A stretch of DNA of 49,795 nucleotides from an uncultured Oscillospiraceae bacterium (GTDB taxonomy: Bacteria > Bacillota > Clostridia > Oscillospirales > Oscillospiraceae): positions 1-49,795 of the forward strand of contig CAYROJ010000001.1 in assembly GCA_964425865.1 (NCBI GenBank). Direction: 5' to 3'. The translations under genes and the position numbers were made by a program. This document shows positions 26,314 through 35,038 of this stretch, one piece after another; position 1 is the stretch's first letter; every line of letters starts with the position of its first letter. The notes under the pieces were generated by a model. It was not told the origin of the DNA. It worked only from the letters and a program-made list of their open reading frames with translations, and did not search any database.

Positions 26314-27500
26314 TCAACCATGATATGCACAAGCTGGGCACGAAGATGTCCTGCATTCGGGAGCTGTTTATGTATGGTCTGGAGCAGGCCAAGATCGTGG
26401 GTAAGGAAAATGTCTATGATTTCTCCATTGGCAACCCTTCTGTTCCTGCACCTCAGGTGGTGGTAGATGCCTTTAAGGAAATGGCCAATCAGGAGGATAC
26501 GCTGGCTGTACATGGCTATACCCCTGCACCCGGCGCACCTGATGCCAGAGAGGCAGTGGCTCATAATCTGGCCATGCGTACCAATACCCCCATTGCATCT
26601 GAGCATGTTTTCTTCACCTGCGGTGCAGCACCGGCACTTGTGAGCGTGCTGCGTGCTCTGGCGGTGGAAAACTCTGAGGTCATCGGCATCATCCCGTATT
26701 TCCCGGAGTATGCACCCTTTGCACGGTTTGCAGGTCACAAATTCGTAGCCTGCCCTGCGGATTTTGAAGGTTTTCAGATCAATCTGGAAGGACTGGAAAA
26801 GTGTATTACGCCCCATACCCAGGCAATCATCGTCAATTCCCCCAATAATCCCTCCGGAGCTGTCTACACAAAGGAAACGCTGGTGAATTTGGCCACCTTG
26901 CTGACAAAAAAATCCGGTGAGTATGGCCATCCCATTTACATCATTGCCGACGAACCCTACCGGGAACTGACCTACGATGATGCTTATGTCCATTATATCC
27001 CCGAAATTTACCCCAACACCGTCATTTGCTACTCCTATTCCAAGGTGTTCAGCCTGCCCGGTGAGCGGATCGGCTATTTCTGTGTACCCCCTTGCTGTGC
27101 TGACGGTAAGGCATTGTTTGCTGCCGCTGCCGGTGCTGCCCGGATCATGGGTCATGTGTGCGCTCCTTCCATGCAGCAGCAGGTGGTTCGCATTTGCGCC
27201 GATGTGAAGCCAGATCTGACGGAGTATGACCGTAACCGCAAGTTCCTGTATGAAGAGCTGACCAAGATGGGCTATGAATGTGTATACCCCAAGGGAGCAT
27301 TCTACCTATTCGTCAAATCTCCCATCGGCACTTCCAAGGCCTTCTCTGACCTGGCCAAGACCGAGTGCGTGCTGGCAGTGCCCGGTGATGATTTCGGCTG
27401 CCCGGAGTATTTCCGGTTGTCAACTTGTGTCTCTTACGACATGATCGTTCGCTCTCTGCCGGCGTTCCGGCGGTTGATGGAGCGCTGCCGTCAAAAGTAA
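26310..27500 (+). CDS. PLP-dependent aminotransferase, class I/II (aspartate/aromatic type)
   Basis: NSPNNPSG, DEPYREL and SYSKVFSLPGERIG (PLP Lys). ATGA overlap with buk. Confidence 0.92.
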   Translation: MINHDMHKLGTKMSCIRELFMYGLEQAKIVGKENVYDFSIGNPSVPAPQVVVDAFKEMANQEDTLAVHGYTPAPGAPDAREAVAHNLAMRTNTPIASEHVFFTCGAAPALVSVLRALAVENSEVIGIIPYFPEYAPFARFAGHKFVACPADFEGFQINLEGLEKCITPHTQAIIVNSPNNPSGAVYTKETLVNLATLLTKKSGEYGHPIYIIADEPYRELTYDDAYVHYIPEIYPNTVICYSYSKVFSLPGERIGYFCVPPCCADGKALFAAAAGAARIMGHVCAPSMQQQVVRICADVKPDLTEYDRNRKFLYEELTKMGYECVYPKGAFYLFVKSPIGTSKAFSDLAKTECVLAVPGDDFGCPEYFRLSTCVSYDMIVRSLPAFRRLMERCRQK

Positions 27501-27512
27501 TTTCAATAAGGG

Positions 27513-27541
27513 AGAGGATGTTCTGCGAGCATCCTCTTTTT
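27513..27541 (+). terminator. Rho-independent terminator
   Basis: AGAGGATGTTC-tgc-GAGCATCCTCT followed by TTTT. Confidence 0.75.
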
Positions 27542-27555
27542 CCCCATTTGTATTA

Positions 27556-27584
27556 TTGCAAAAAAAGAAGAAACCCTTTATAAT
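27556..27584 (+). promoter_or_regulatory. Sigma-A promoter of the hut operon
   Basis: TTGCAA-17 nt-TATAAT. Confidence 0.75.
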
Positions 27585-27592
27585 AAAACAAA

Positions 27593-27606
27593 TGGGGCTA
27601 GCCCCA
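27593..27606. promoter_or_regulatory. Perfect 14-bp palindrome at the hut transcription start (candidate repressor operator)
   Basis: TGGGGCTAGCCCCA, starting 9 nt after the -10. Confidence 0.6.
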
Positions 27607-27643
27607 ATGGGTCAAAACAGTATGAGATAAGGAAGGTACACCC

Positions 27644-29209
27644 ATGCTACAACCAAAGAAAATCACCAATGTGGTCATTGATGGCCATAGCTTGACATTT
27701 GAAGAATTTATTGCTGTTGCCCGATTTGGGGCAAAGGTAGAACTGGCTGCCCATGCCAAGGCAGCCATGGAGCGTTCCCGGGCGCTGGCAGAGAAGATCT
27801 CCGCTGAAAAGCGGGTGGCTTACGGTATCACCACCGGATTTGGCGACTTCGCCACCGTGGCAGTTCCGGAAGAGCTGAGCAATCAGCTGTCTACCAATTT
27901 GATCCTCAGCCACTGCACCGGCACCGGCGATCCCTATGAGATCGAGCAGGTGAGAGGCATGATGTTGCTGCGTGCCAACGCTTTGTGCGTGGGTGTCAGC
28001 GGCGTGCGGCCTGTACTGGTGGAGATGCTGGTGGAAATGCTCAACAAGGGTGTGACTCCCGTTGTGCCCCAGAAGGGCTCGCTGGGCGCTTCCGGCGATT
28101 TGGCACCGCTGTCGCACATGGGGCTGGTGCTGCTGGGAAGAGGCATGGCTGATTATGAAGGCCAGCGACTGACCGGCAAGGAGGCTATGGAAAAGGCAGG
28201 TATTGCTATTCTGACTACTCTGGTCAGCAAGGAAGGCTTGGGCATTACCAACGGCACTTGCGCCATGACCAGCGTTGGTGCCCTGAATCTGTACGACACT
28301 ATCTGCGCTTCTCAGCTGGCAGATATTATTAGCTCCTTGACCATGACTGCGCTGACCGGCCAGCTCAACGCTTTTGAAGAGCGTGTGCACACTGTCCGTG
28401 GCCATCGTGGACAGATCCGGGTGGCAAAGAACATCCGTCTGCTGACGGAAGGCTGCGAAATTTTGAAAAATGCCAAGGGCGCTCGTGTCCAGGATGCTTA
28501 CGCCCTGCGCTGTATCCCTCAGGTCCATGGCGCTGTACGGGATGCTTTGGAATTTATCCTGGAAAAAGTGGAGATCGAGCTGAACGCCGTCACCGACAAT
28601 CCTTTGCTCTTTAATGAGGATGAGGCCGTCATTTCTGGCGGTAATTTCCACGGCGAGCCGATGGCATTGCCCTTTGACTTCTTGGGTATTGCCTGCTCTG
28701 AGATCGGCTCTATTTCCGAGCGCCGCACGGAAAGAATGGTCAACGCAGCACTGTCTAACGGATTGACTCCTTTCCTGACCACTGAAGGCGGTGTCAACTC
28801 CGGCTTTATGATCGTGCAGTATACGGCTGCATCCATGGTATCTGAAAATAAGGTGCTGGCACATCCGGCATCTGTCGACTCCATCCCGTCCTCTGCCAAC
28901 CAGGAGGACTTTGTGTCCATGGGCACCACCGCTGCCCGAAAGTCCGGCACGATTTTGCAGAACACCCTTTCGGTTCTTGCTTACGAATTGCTGACTGCTT
29001 GCCAAGCCATCGACATTCGCCGCAGCCAGGGTAAATATGGTCAGGGGTTGTCGGAGGTTGACCAGGCAATTTATGACCGTGTTCGTCAAGATGTTTCCTT
29101 TATGGCCATTGACCGGGAGATCTGGCCGGACATTCAGGCGGTGGAAAAGCTGGTTCGCAGCGGTGAACTGCTGGAGATCACCGGCAAGCTGGTTCCCGAA
29201 TTTGAATAA
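27644..29209 (+). CDS. hutH: Histidine ammonia-lyase
   Basis: YGITTGFG, MIO motif GSLGASGDLAPL, KEGL, QDAYALRC, SGGNFHG and SANQEDFVSMG. Confidence 0.97.
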   Translation: MLQPKKITNVVIDGHSLTFEEFIAVARFGAKVELAAHAKAAMERSRALAEKISAEKRVAYGITTGFGDFATVAVPEELSNQLSTNLILSHCTGTGDPYEIEQVRGMMLLRANALCVGVSGVRPVLVEMLVEMLNKGVTPVVPQKGSLGASGDLAPLSHMGLVLLGRGMADYEGQRLTGKEAMEKAGIAILTTLVSKEGLGITNGTCAMTSVGALNLYDTICASQLADIISSLTMTALTGQLNAFEERVHTVRGHRGQIRVAKNIRLLTEGCEILKNAKGARVQDAYALRCIPQVHGAVRDALEFILEKVEIELNAVTDNPLLFNEDEAVISGGNFHGEPMALPFDFLGIACSEIGSISERRTERMVNAALSNGLTPFLTTEGGVNSGFMIVQYTAASMVSENKVLAHPASVDSIPSSANQEDFVSMGTTAARKSGTILQNTLSVLAYELLTACQAIDIRRSQGKYGQGLSEVDQAIYDRVRQDVSFMAIDREIWPDIQAVEKLVRSGELLEITGKLVPEFE

Positions 29210-29229
29210 GAAACAGGAGGGTTCTTTCA

Positions 29230-31254
29230 ATGGAATTTAACACCCATGATGCTATGACCATTATGCTGGACGATGTTTTGCCTGAATATCCCAGCTTTGA
29301 CCCGGCATATCGCCGTGCGCCCCGTCGGGAAGCCCATTTGACTCAGGCGGACAAGGAGCTGGCCATCCGCAATGCGCTGCGCTATATCCCGAAGCAGCAC
29401 CACGCCCAGATGGCAGTGGAGTTTGCCGAAGAATTGGAGCGAACTGGCAGAATTTACGGCTACCGTTTCCGCCCGGAGGGGAAGCTCTATGGCAAGCCCA
29501 TCGAGGAATACGAGGGCAACTGCGTGGAAGCCAAGGCTTTCCAGGTGATGATCGACAACAATCTGGACTTTGATGTGGCACTGTATCCTTATGAGCTGGT
29601 GACCTACGGCGAAACCGGACAGGTCTGTCAGAACTGGATGCAGTACCGACTGATCAAAAAGTATTTGCAGATCATGACCGATGAACAGACACTGGTCGTC
29701 ATGTCCGGCCACCCTCTGGGACTGTTTCACAGCCACAAGCTGGCACCTCGGTGCATTATCACCAATGGCCTGATGGTGGGCAATTTTGACGATCAGAAGA
29801 ATTTTAACCGTGCCGCCGCCCTGGGTGTTGCTAACTACGGTCAGATGACCGCCGGCGGCTGGATGTATATTGGCCCTCAGGGCATTGTCCACGGCACATT
29901 CAATACACTGCTCAATGCAGGTCGACTGAAGCTGGGCATTCCTGCTGACGGCAATCTGGCAGGCAAGCTGTTCGTTACCGCAGGCTTGGGCGGCATGTCC
30001 GGCGCACAGGGCAAGGCGGCGGAGATCGCCGGTGCGGTCAGCATTATCGCAGAAGTGGATGAAAGCCGTATCATGACCCGCTATACACAAGGCTGGGTCA
30101 GCGAAAAGACCGACTCTCTGGAAGAAGCGCTGGCCATCGTCAAGCGGAAGCTGGCTGCCAAAGAGCCTTGCGCCATTGCATACTTGGGCAATATCGTTGA
30201 CCTGCTGGAATATCTGTACGAGCAGAATGTTCATGTGGATCTGATGAGCGACCAGACCTCCTGCCATGTACCTTATGACGGCGGTTATTGTCCTCAGGGC
30301 CTGACCTTTGCCCAGCGTACCGAAATGCTGGCGCATGACCCCGAAGGCTTCAAGGTGCTGGTCAACAGAAGCTTGCAGCACCACTATGAGCTGATCTGCG
30401 CTTTCCATGACCGTGGCACTTACTTCTTTGACTACGGCAACTCTTTCTTGAAAGCGGTTTACGATTCCGGCGTGACCTCCATTTGCAAAAATGGGGAAAA
30501 CGATCTGGATGGCTTTGTGTTCCCCTCCTATGTGGAGGACATTCTGGGCCCCTGCCTGTTCGACTTTGGTTATGGCCCCTTCCGCTGGTGCTGCCTGAGC
30601 CGCAACCCCGAAGATCTGGACAAGACCGATGCTGCGGCCGCCGAATATATCCTGGCCAACAATCGCCGCTATCAGGATTATGATAACTATGTGTGGGTGC
30701 GTGATGCCAAGAAGAACAAGCTGGTGGTGGGTACCCAGTGCCGTATTCTCTATCAGGATGCCATGGGTCGTATGAAGATCGCTCTGAAATTTAATGAAAT
30801 GGTTCGCAACGGCGAGATCGGCCCTGTGATGCTGGGTCGTGACCACCACGACACCGGCGGAACGGACTCTCCCTTCCGTGAGACATCCAATATCAAGGAT
30901 GGATCTAACATCATGGCGGATATGGCTACCCAGTGCTTTGCAGGCAATGCCGCCCGTGGCATGAGCCTGATCGCTCTGCACAACGGCGGCGGCACCGGCA
31001 TTGGCAAGGCCATCAACGGCGGCTTTGGCATGGTGCTGGATGGATCTGAGCGTGTGGACACCATTCTGAGAATGAGTATGCCCTGGGATACCATGGTGGG
31101 TGTTTCCCGCCGGGCATGGGCCACCAATGAAAATGCCATGACCACTGCTGCAGAGTATAACAAAATGTACGCAGGCCAGGATCATATTACCTTGCCTTAT
31201 GTTGCCGACCGGGAAATGGTGGCTCAGGCACTGCGCTCCGTTCAGGAGAAGTAA
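29230..31254 (+). CDS. hutU: Urocanate hydratase (long ~670-aa type)
   Basis: YPYELVTYGETG, YGQMTAGGW.YIGPQGIVHGT, GLGGMSGAQ, SDQTSCH, GRDHHD, SPFRET and LHNGGG motifs. Confidence 0.97.
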   Translation: MEFNTHDAMTIMLDDVLPEYPSFDPAYRRAPRREAHLTQADKELAIRNALRYIPKQHHAQMAVEFAEELERTGRIYGYRFRPEGKLYGKPIEEYEGNCVEAKAFQVMIDNNLDFDVALYPYELVTYGETGQVCQNWMQYRLIKKYLQIMTDEQTLVVMSGHPLGLFHSHKLAPRCIITNGLMVGNFDDQKNFNRAAALGVANYGQMTAGGWMYIGPQGIVHGTFNTLLNAGRLKLGIPADGNLAGKLFVTAGLGGMSGAQGKAAEIAGAVSIIAEVDESRIMTRYTQGWVSEKTDSLEEALAIVKRKLAAKEPCAIAYLGNIVDLLEYLYEQNVHVDLMSDQTSCHVPYDGGYCPQGLTFAQRTEMLAHDPEGFKVLVNRSLQHHYELICAFHDRGTYFFDYGNSFLKAVYDSGVTSICKNGENDLDGFVFPSYVEDILGPCLFDFGYGPFRWCCLSRNPEDLDKTDAAAAEYILANNRRYQDYDNYVWVRDAKKNKLVVGTQCRILYQDAMGRMKIALKFNEMVRNGEIGPVMLGRDHHDTGGTDSPFRETSNIKDGSNIMADMATQCFAGNAARGMSLIALHNGGGTGIGKAINGGFGMVLDGSERVDTILRMSMPWDTMVGVSRRAWATNENAMTTAAEYNKMYAGQDHITLPYVADREMVAQALRSVQEK

Positions 31255-31255
31255 A

Positions 31256-32500
31256 ATGCTGGTAATTACGAATATCGGAACTTTAGTGACCCCGGAAGGC
31301 ACGGCAGCTCTGTGCGGCGCTGACCAGGGAAGGGTGCGTGTGCTGCACAATGCTTGGGTATCTATTGAGGATGGCATCATTGTGGGGATCGGCACAGGTA
31401 CGCCGAAGATCCCGGAAAATGCAAAGGTTTTGGATGCCCAGGGAAAACTGGTGACCCCCGGCCTGGTAGATGCCCACACCCATTTGATTTTCGGCGGTTG
31501 GCGGCAGCACGAAATGGCGCTGAAACTCCAGGGCGTGCCCTATCTGGACATTCTGGCACAGGGCGGCGGTATCCTTTCTACCGTCAATGCCACCCACGCA
31601 TCCGACGAGCAGATGCTGGCTGATAAGGCTTCTGCGGCGCTGGACGAAATGCTCGCTTTCGGCACCACTACCTGCGAAGCCAAAAGCGGCTACGGCCTGT
31701 CTGTGGAGGAGGAGCTGAAGCAGTTGCGTGCCATTCGGCTGTTGAATGAAAATCATCCAATTGATCTGGCGGCCACTTTTATGGGTGCCCACGCTGTGCC
31801 TACGGCTTATAAGGAAAACCGAGAAGAATACATTCGCCTGATCTGCGAGGAAATGATCCCCCGGGTAGCGGAAGAAAAATTGGCAACTTTTTGTGATGTT
31901 TTCTGCGAAAAGGGCGTTTTTTCTGCGGAAGAGTCCAGAAAAATTCTGGAAGCAGGAAAGAAATACGGATTGATTTCCAAAATTCATGCCGATGAAATTG
32001 AGCCAATCGGCGGCTCACAACTGGCAGGGGAGATGAAGGCAATTTCTGCTGAGCATCTGATCGTCTGCCCGCCCGAAGGTATTGTAGCTATGGCAAAGGG
32101 GGGGACGGTGGCTTGCCTGCTGCCTTGCACCAGCCTGTATCTGGGAGCAACCTTTGCTCCTGCCCGGGACATGGTGGCGGCTGGGGTGCCGGTGGCCATG
32201 GCCACGGACTTTAACCCCGGTTCCTGTCCCTGCCTGAATATGCAGCTGGTGATGAATCTGGGCTGTCTGCGCTATAAGCTGACCCCGGAGGAAGTGCTGA
32301 CGGCGGTGACCTTAAACGGTGCCGCGGCCATCGGCATGGCAGAGAAGCTCGGCAGCATCGAAGTGGGCAAACTGGGAGATCTGGTCATCTGGGATGGGAA
32401 AGATCTCAATTATATCTGCTACCGTATGGGCAGTAATTTGGCGAAAACCGTTATTAAAAAAGGTAAAATCTACACGAAATCCAATGTTTCTGAACAATAA
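31256..32500 (+). CDS. hutI: Imidazolonepropionase
   Basis: PGLVDAHTHL, GGGILSTV, EAKSGYGL, DVFCEKGVF, IHADEI and ATDFNPGS motifs. ATG 31256 with RBS AGGAG. Confidence 0.96.
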   Translation: MLVITNIGTLVTPEGTAALCGADQGRVRVLHNAWVSIEDGIIVGIGTGTPKIPENAKVLDAQGKLVTPGLVDAHTHLIFGGWRQHEMALKLQGVPYLDILAQGGGILSTVNATHASDEQMLADKASAALDEMLAFGTTTCEAKSGYGLSVEEELKQLRAIRLLNENHPIDLAATFMGAHAVPTAYKENREEYIRLICEEMIPRVAEEKLATFCDVFCEKGVFSAEESRKILEAGKKYGLISKIHADEIEPIGGSQLAGEMKAISAEHLIVCPPEGIVAMAKGGTVACLLPCTSLYLGATFAPARDMVAAGVPVAMATDFNPGSCPCLNMQLVMNLGCLRYKLTPEEVLTAVTLNGAAAIGMAEKLGSIEVGKLGDLVIWDGKDLNYICYRMGSNLAKTVIKKGKIYTKSNVSEQ

Positions 32501-32514
32501 AGGAGAAAATCAAC

Positions 32515-33426
32515 ATGGCAAAGCTTGTGGAATGTGTCCCTAATTTTTCTTGCAGCAAGGAGCAAGATCCTGCTACTTTCCAGGCCCTGGTAGATGTTTC
32601 CAATTCCGTTCCCGGTTGTACCGTGCTGGATGTCCAGACCGACGGCGACCACAACCGCTGTGTATTCACTATGGTGGGTAATCCTGCTGCCATTGAGGAA
32701 GTTTGCTTCCAGCTGACCAAGAAGGCCACGGAGCTGATCGATATGCGCAAGCACAAGGGGCAGCATCCCCGTATGGGTGCTACCGATGTTATTCCCTTTA
32801 TCCCCACCATGGATATGACTGTGGAGGAGTGCGTGGAAATGAGCAAGCGTGTGGCGGAGCGGATCTGGAAGGAGCTGGGCGTGCCCTCTTTCCTGTATGA
32901 AGACTCTGCAACGGCCCCCCACCGCACCAATTTGGCCAAGTGCCGCAGCGGTCAGTTCGAGGGTATGCCTGAAAAGCTGTTGCAGCCCGAGTGGGCACCG
33001 GACTACGGCGAGCGGAAGATCCATCCCACCGCCGGTATCATCGCCATCGGCGCCAGAATGCCCCTGATCGCTTATAACATCAATCTGGATATCTCCGACA
33101 TTGAGGTGGCCAACAAGATCGCCCGTGCCATCCGTGCAGCCGGCGGCGGCTTCAAGTATTGCAAGGCCATCGGCGTTATGCTGGAGGATCGGAATATTGC
33201 GCAGGTTTCCATGAACCTGGTCAACTATGAGGGAACACCTATCTACTATGTGTTCGAGATGGTGCGTGCCCTGGCCGACCGCTACGGCGCTCGGATCATC
33301 GGCTCAGAGCTGGTGGGTCTGACCCCTGCCAAAGCATTGATCGACTGCGCCGAATACTACCTGAAGCTGGAAAACTTCGATGGCCGCAAGCAGACCATGG
33401 AGTATCACTTGATCGGCATGGAGTAA
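32515..33426 (+). CDS. ftcD: Glutamate formiminotransferase
   Basis: LVECVPNFS, D.DHNRCVFT, H.GQHPRMGATDVIPF and QVSMNL..YE motifs. Confidence 0.95.
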   Translation: MAKLVECVPNFSCSKEQDPATFQALVDVSNSVPGCTVLDVQTDGDHNRCVFTMVGNPAAIEEVCFQLTKKATELIDMRKHKGQHPRMGATDVIPFIPTMDMTVEECVEMSKRVAERIWKELGVPSFLYEDSATAPHRTNLAKCRSGQFEGMPEKLLQPEWAPDYGERKIHPTAGIIAIGARMPLIAYNINLDISDIEVANKIARAIRAAGGGFKYCKAIGVMLEDRNIAQVSMNLVNYEGTPIYYVFEMVRALADRYGARIIGSELVGLTPAKALIDCAEYYLKLENFDGRKQTMEYHLIGME

Positions 33427-33436
33427 GGAGAAGCGT

Positions 33437-34063
33437 ATGAAACTGGCAGAAATGAAAGTTACCCAGTTTGCTGATGTGCTGGCATCGGATGCCCCTGCCC
33501 CCGGCGGCGGCTCGGTTGCTGCGCTGGAAGGGGCACTGGGCGCAGCCCTGACCGCCATGGTCTGCACCCTTACTGAAGGCAAAAAGCAGTATGCCGACCA
33601 TCGGGACTTCGTGCTGGAGGTGCAGGCCAAGGCCAGCGCTTTGCAGGCAAAGTTCATCGATGTGATGGACAGAGATACAGAAGCTTTTATGGTGGTTTCC
33701 AGAGCGTTTTCCATGCCCAAGGCCGCCGATGAAGAGAAGGCTGCTCGTTCCGCTGCCATCCAGAAGGGTCTGGTGGGCTGTACGGAAACGCCTTTTGAAA
33801 TGATGAATTTGGCCGCCGAGACCATCGCACTGACGGAGTCTTTGCTGGGCCGCTTTAACGAAAGCGCAGCCAGCGATCTGGGTGTTGCAGCCCTGTCCCT
33901 GCGTGCAGCTGTTCAGGGCGCATGGCTCAATGTGCTCATCAACATTGGCTCTCTGAAGGACAAGGAGCTGGCGGAAAGCTACCGCACCAAGGGCGAAGAA
34001 TTGGTGAAGACCGTCTTGCTCGGCGCTGACCGGGTTTATGAAAAGGTTTTGACATTGGTATAA
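33437..34063 (+). CDS. Formiminotetrahydrofolate cyclodeaminase / cyclohydrolase family protein
   Basis: LASDAPAPGGGSVAAL, D.D.EAF, SDLGVA and NV.INI motifs. Confidence 0.92.
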   Translation: MKLAEMKVTQFADVLASDAPAPGGGSVAALEGALGAALTAMVCTLTEGKKQYADHRDFVLEVQAKASALQAKFIDVMDRDTEAFMVVSRAFSMPKAADEEKAARSAAIQKGLVGCTETPFEMMNLAAETIALTESLLGRFNESAASDLGVAALSLRAAVQGAWLNVLINIGSLKDKELAESYRTKGEELVKTVLLGADRVYEKVLTLV

Positions 34064-34064
34064 G

Positions 34065-34097
34065 AAAAGGGCAGTCGAGGGATCGACTGCCTTTTTT
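34065..34097 (+). terminator. Terminator of the hut operon
   Basis: GGCAGTCGA-ggga-TCGACTGCC followed by TTTTTT. Confidence 0.85.
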
Positions 34098-34240
34098 CGG
34101 AAATACTGGCTTTTTTGTCGGCTTTTTGCTATACTGAATGCGGATGTAAACTCTTGTTGCGGTATTGTAAAGCCTGATTGGTGGCATTGCAACAGGAAGG
34201 CAGACTACAATGATGCTATATTGGACAGGAGGAAAACACA

Positions 34241-34814
34241 ATGAAACTATCGGAAAAGATTTTTACGCTTCGGAAAGAAAAGGGATTATCCCAGGAGGAG
34301 CTGGCGGAGAAGCTGAATGTATCCCGGCAGGCGGTGTCCCGGTGGGAGGGTGGTTCTGCTCTGCCGGATGCCACCAATGTGTTGCAGCTGAGCAAGCTGT
34401 TTGAAGTGTCGGCCGATTATCTGCTCAACGACGACTATGAGCGGCCCAACGGCACCGCCGAAGAAAGGGTACAGCCCAAGCGTGACATCAAAAAAGTGGT
34501 TGCCTGTTGGCTGTCCGGCATCGGCCTGGGGGGCAGAGTTTCTGATTTATCTGGTGTCCCGATTTGTAAAAGTGCCTGCACCTTTTGTTCATTGGGTAGA
34601 TGGACAAAAGTGGTATCACTGGGACGGAGAGTATCGTACCGACTATAAGTATTTTATTCAGGAGTATGATCTGAAGGCGTTGGTCATTCTCTTCTGGCTG
34701 CTGGCGATAGCAGGACTTTTCTATCTGCTGGTGAGCAGTGGGAAGTTTAGCACCATTGCCAAGGCGTATCAGAAGCGGAAAATGATCGGTGATGACCATA
34801 CCAAGGAAGATTGA
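34241..34814 (+). pseudogene. XRE-family HTH + transmembrane protein, frameshifted at a G6 tract (or a sequencing error)
   Basis: HTH motif LRKEKGLSQEELAEKLNVSRQAVSRWE. Removing one G from GGGGGG (34528-34533) joins the 34241 ORF to the 34401-34814 ORF, giving a 190-aa protein with two TM helices. Confidence 0.75.
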
Positions 34815-34817
34815 AGC

Positions 34818-34844
34818 AACGGCGCTCTTACGGGAGCGCCGTTT
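34818..34844 (+). terminator. Stem-loop after the XRE gene
   Basis: AACGGCGCTC-ttacgg-GAGCGCCGTT, 3 nt after the 34814 stop. This supports that stop as the real gene end. Confidence 0.65.
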
Positions 34845-35038
34845 GATATTGCGGGAAAACACATTTTAGCTCACAGGTGCGAGGGAATAAAAGGTCTTTT
34901 TGAGACTTCACAAAGGGAAAAGGTGAGGGAAGGCTTCAACGGCGGCGTGTAGAAAAGGCTGGACTTTTCTTTGCTTTTGTAGTACTATCTTCTGTGAGTG
35001 TATTTGGACACCCAATATGCAGAAAGAAGGCTGTGCTT

